Assembly (NCBI GenBank): GCA_964016885.1
Contig: OZ024740.1
Span: 2,046,001-2,110,000, forward strand
Length of the DNA stretch: 64,000 nucleotides
DNA from: Eledone cirrhosa
Taxonomy: Eukaryota
Reading direction: 5' to 3'
Position numbers and translations under genes: made by a program
Part shown: positions 62,729-64,000 of the stretch, piece after piece
How positions within the stretch are numbered: position 1 is the stretch's first letter
Layout of the letters: each line of letters begins with the position of its first letter
The notes under the pieces: model-generated
The model's input: only the letters and a program-made list of their open reading frames with translations
The model's database searches: none
What the model was told of the DNA's origin: nothing

Positions 62729-63625
62729 ACATCACCACCACCATCATCATCATTATCATTGATTTACGTCCATTTTTCCACACTTGCATGAGTTGGGTAG
62801 ATCCTTCTCAGAACAACATCTTTCCACTTGCTGCTTTCCTTCGTCATCTTCTCTGCCAGTCTTAGCAATTTGAGGTCAACTCTCACCACCTCTGCCCAGG
62901 TCTTTCTTGGTTTACCTCTACAGCGGCTTCCATCCACCAGCATTTCCTGGTATCTCTTCACCCAGCAATCATCATCCATGTACATCACATGTCCATATCA
63001 ACGTAGTCTTCTCTCTTGCACTCCACCTCAGATTTCTCTTAAACCTAGTTTCTCTCTCAGTTCATTCAAGCTCTGCCTTTCTCTCACATTTACATTGCAC
63101 ATCCAATGAAACATGGCTGCTTCATTTCTCTCCAGTCTACGCATGTCCTCTGCAGTCACTGCCTATGTTTTACTACCATGTAGCACTGCATGTCCTCTGC
63201 AGTCACTAACAATATTTTACTACCATGCAGCATCATACTTCACACACAGGCATCATATAAATACAATAAATGTTCTGTTTGAACTACCATACATACAATC
63301 CACTCCAATCTTACAACATAATTTCAGCCATTCCCGACTAGAACCATTATCTACTCTACATATAACACTCAATATCTTTACTACCCACTAATTTTTCCAC
63401 ACACATGTAAGATGTCTTTCTCTTAATGATCTACAAGAAACATCCTACAAACCAATCTCCAATCTTTTCTATCCCGGTTTCATTGAGTCCTTGCTTAACA
63501 AACACCACCACAAATTAATGCGTATTGAGTCCTTACTTAACAAACACCACCACTTCTTAGAGACCTTTTGTACTAACCTTTTTCAAGACTTAAACTTCTA
63601 CAGTTGTGATGAGAACTGTATTGTC
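62729..63625 (-). mobile_element. Old RTE LINE 3' fragment
   Basis: MMYMDDDCWVKRYQEMLVDGSRCRGKPRKTWAEVV, with a degenerate (gat)n tail. Confidence 0.8.
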
Positions 63626-63650
63626 AGCCTATGTCCATTTGTTTTCCATG

Positions 63651-63810
63651 CATGGTACAGTCCACCCTCATCCCACTACATGGTACAGTCCACCCTCATC
63701 CCACTACATGGTACAGTCCACTCTCATCCCACTACATGGTACAGTCCACTCTCATCTCACTACATGGTACAGTCCACCCTCATCCCACTACATGGTACAG
63801 TCCACCCTCA
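63651..63810. repeat. 28-bp tandem repeat x5.7
   Basis: catggtacagtccaccctcatcccacta. Confidence 0.9.
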
Positions 63811-64000
63811 GTATTGTCATATCCATCAGTACCAGTCTTTTTATTTCTTTGTCTGTCTCCTCAGCAGATTTGTTCTACATACGTCACTCAACCATTATTG
63901 TCCACACATATCACGACCATACATACATACACACATACATACACACATACACACATACATACATACACCCATGCTAGCGTGGAAGAACGGACGTAAAACG

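Overview
AT-rich animal genomic DNA, most likely a coleoid cephalopod such as Octopus (inferred from the repeat content), with a 200-N scaffold gap at 46510-46709. It holds pieces of three host genes. These are the last two coding exons of an ORP1/ORP2-type oxysterol-binding protein (+, 5215-6031), the last three coding exons of an unidentified minus-strand gene ending in an eIF2A/PYM-like helical motif (13550-15459), and the terminal exon of a CREBL2/REPTOR-BP-like bZIP gene (+, 56671-57150). Most of the rest is retroelement. There are many RTE-clade LINEs with (GAT)n tails and a PHD-like finger inside the RT, mostly embedded in (TA)n, plus one CR1-type LINE and many CORE- and Nin-type SINEs. 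There are also three Penelope-type pLTR remnants carrying minimal hammerhead ribozyme motifs, and a near-complete Naiad-like Penelope element (37733-44091) with tandem and inverted pLTRs. The strongest signal is inside that element. Two of its three pLTR copies differ from the third by about 30 or more strand-specific A>G changes in about 180 bp, with N>S, K>R and I>V changes in the adjacent ORF. This is the pattern expected if ADAR-hyperedited RNA was reverse-transcribed back into the genome.
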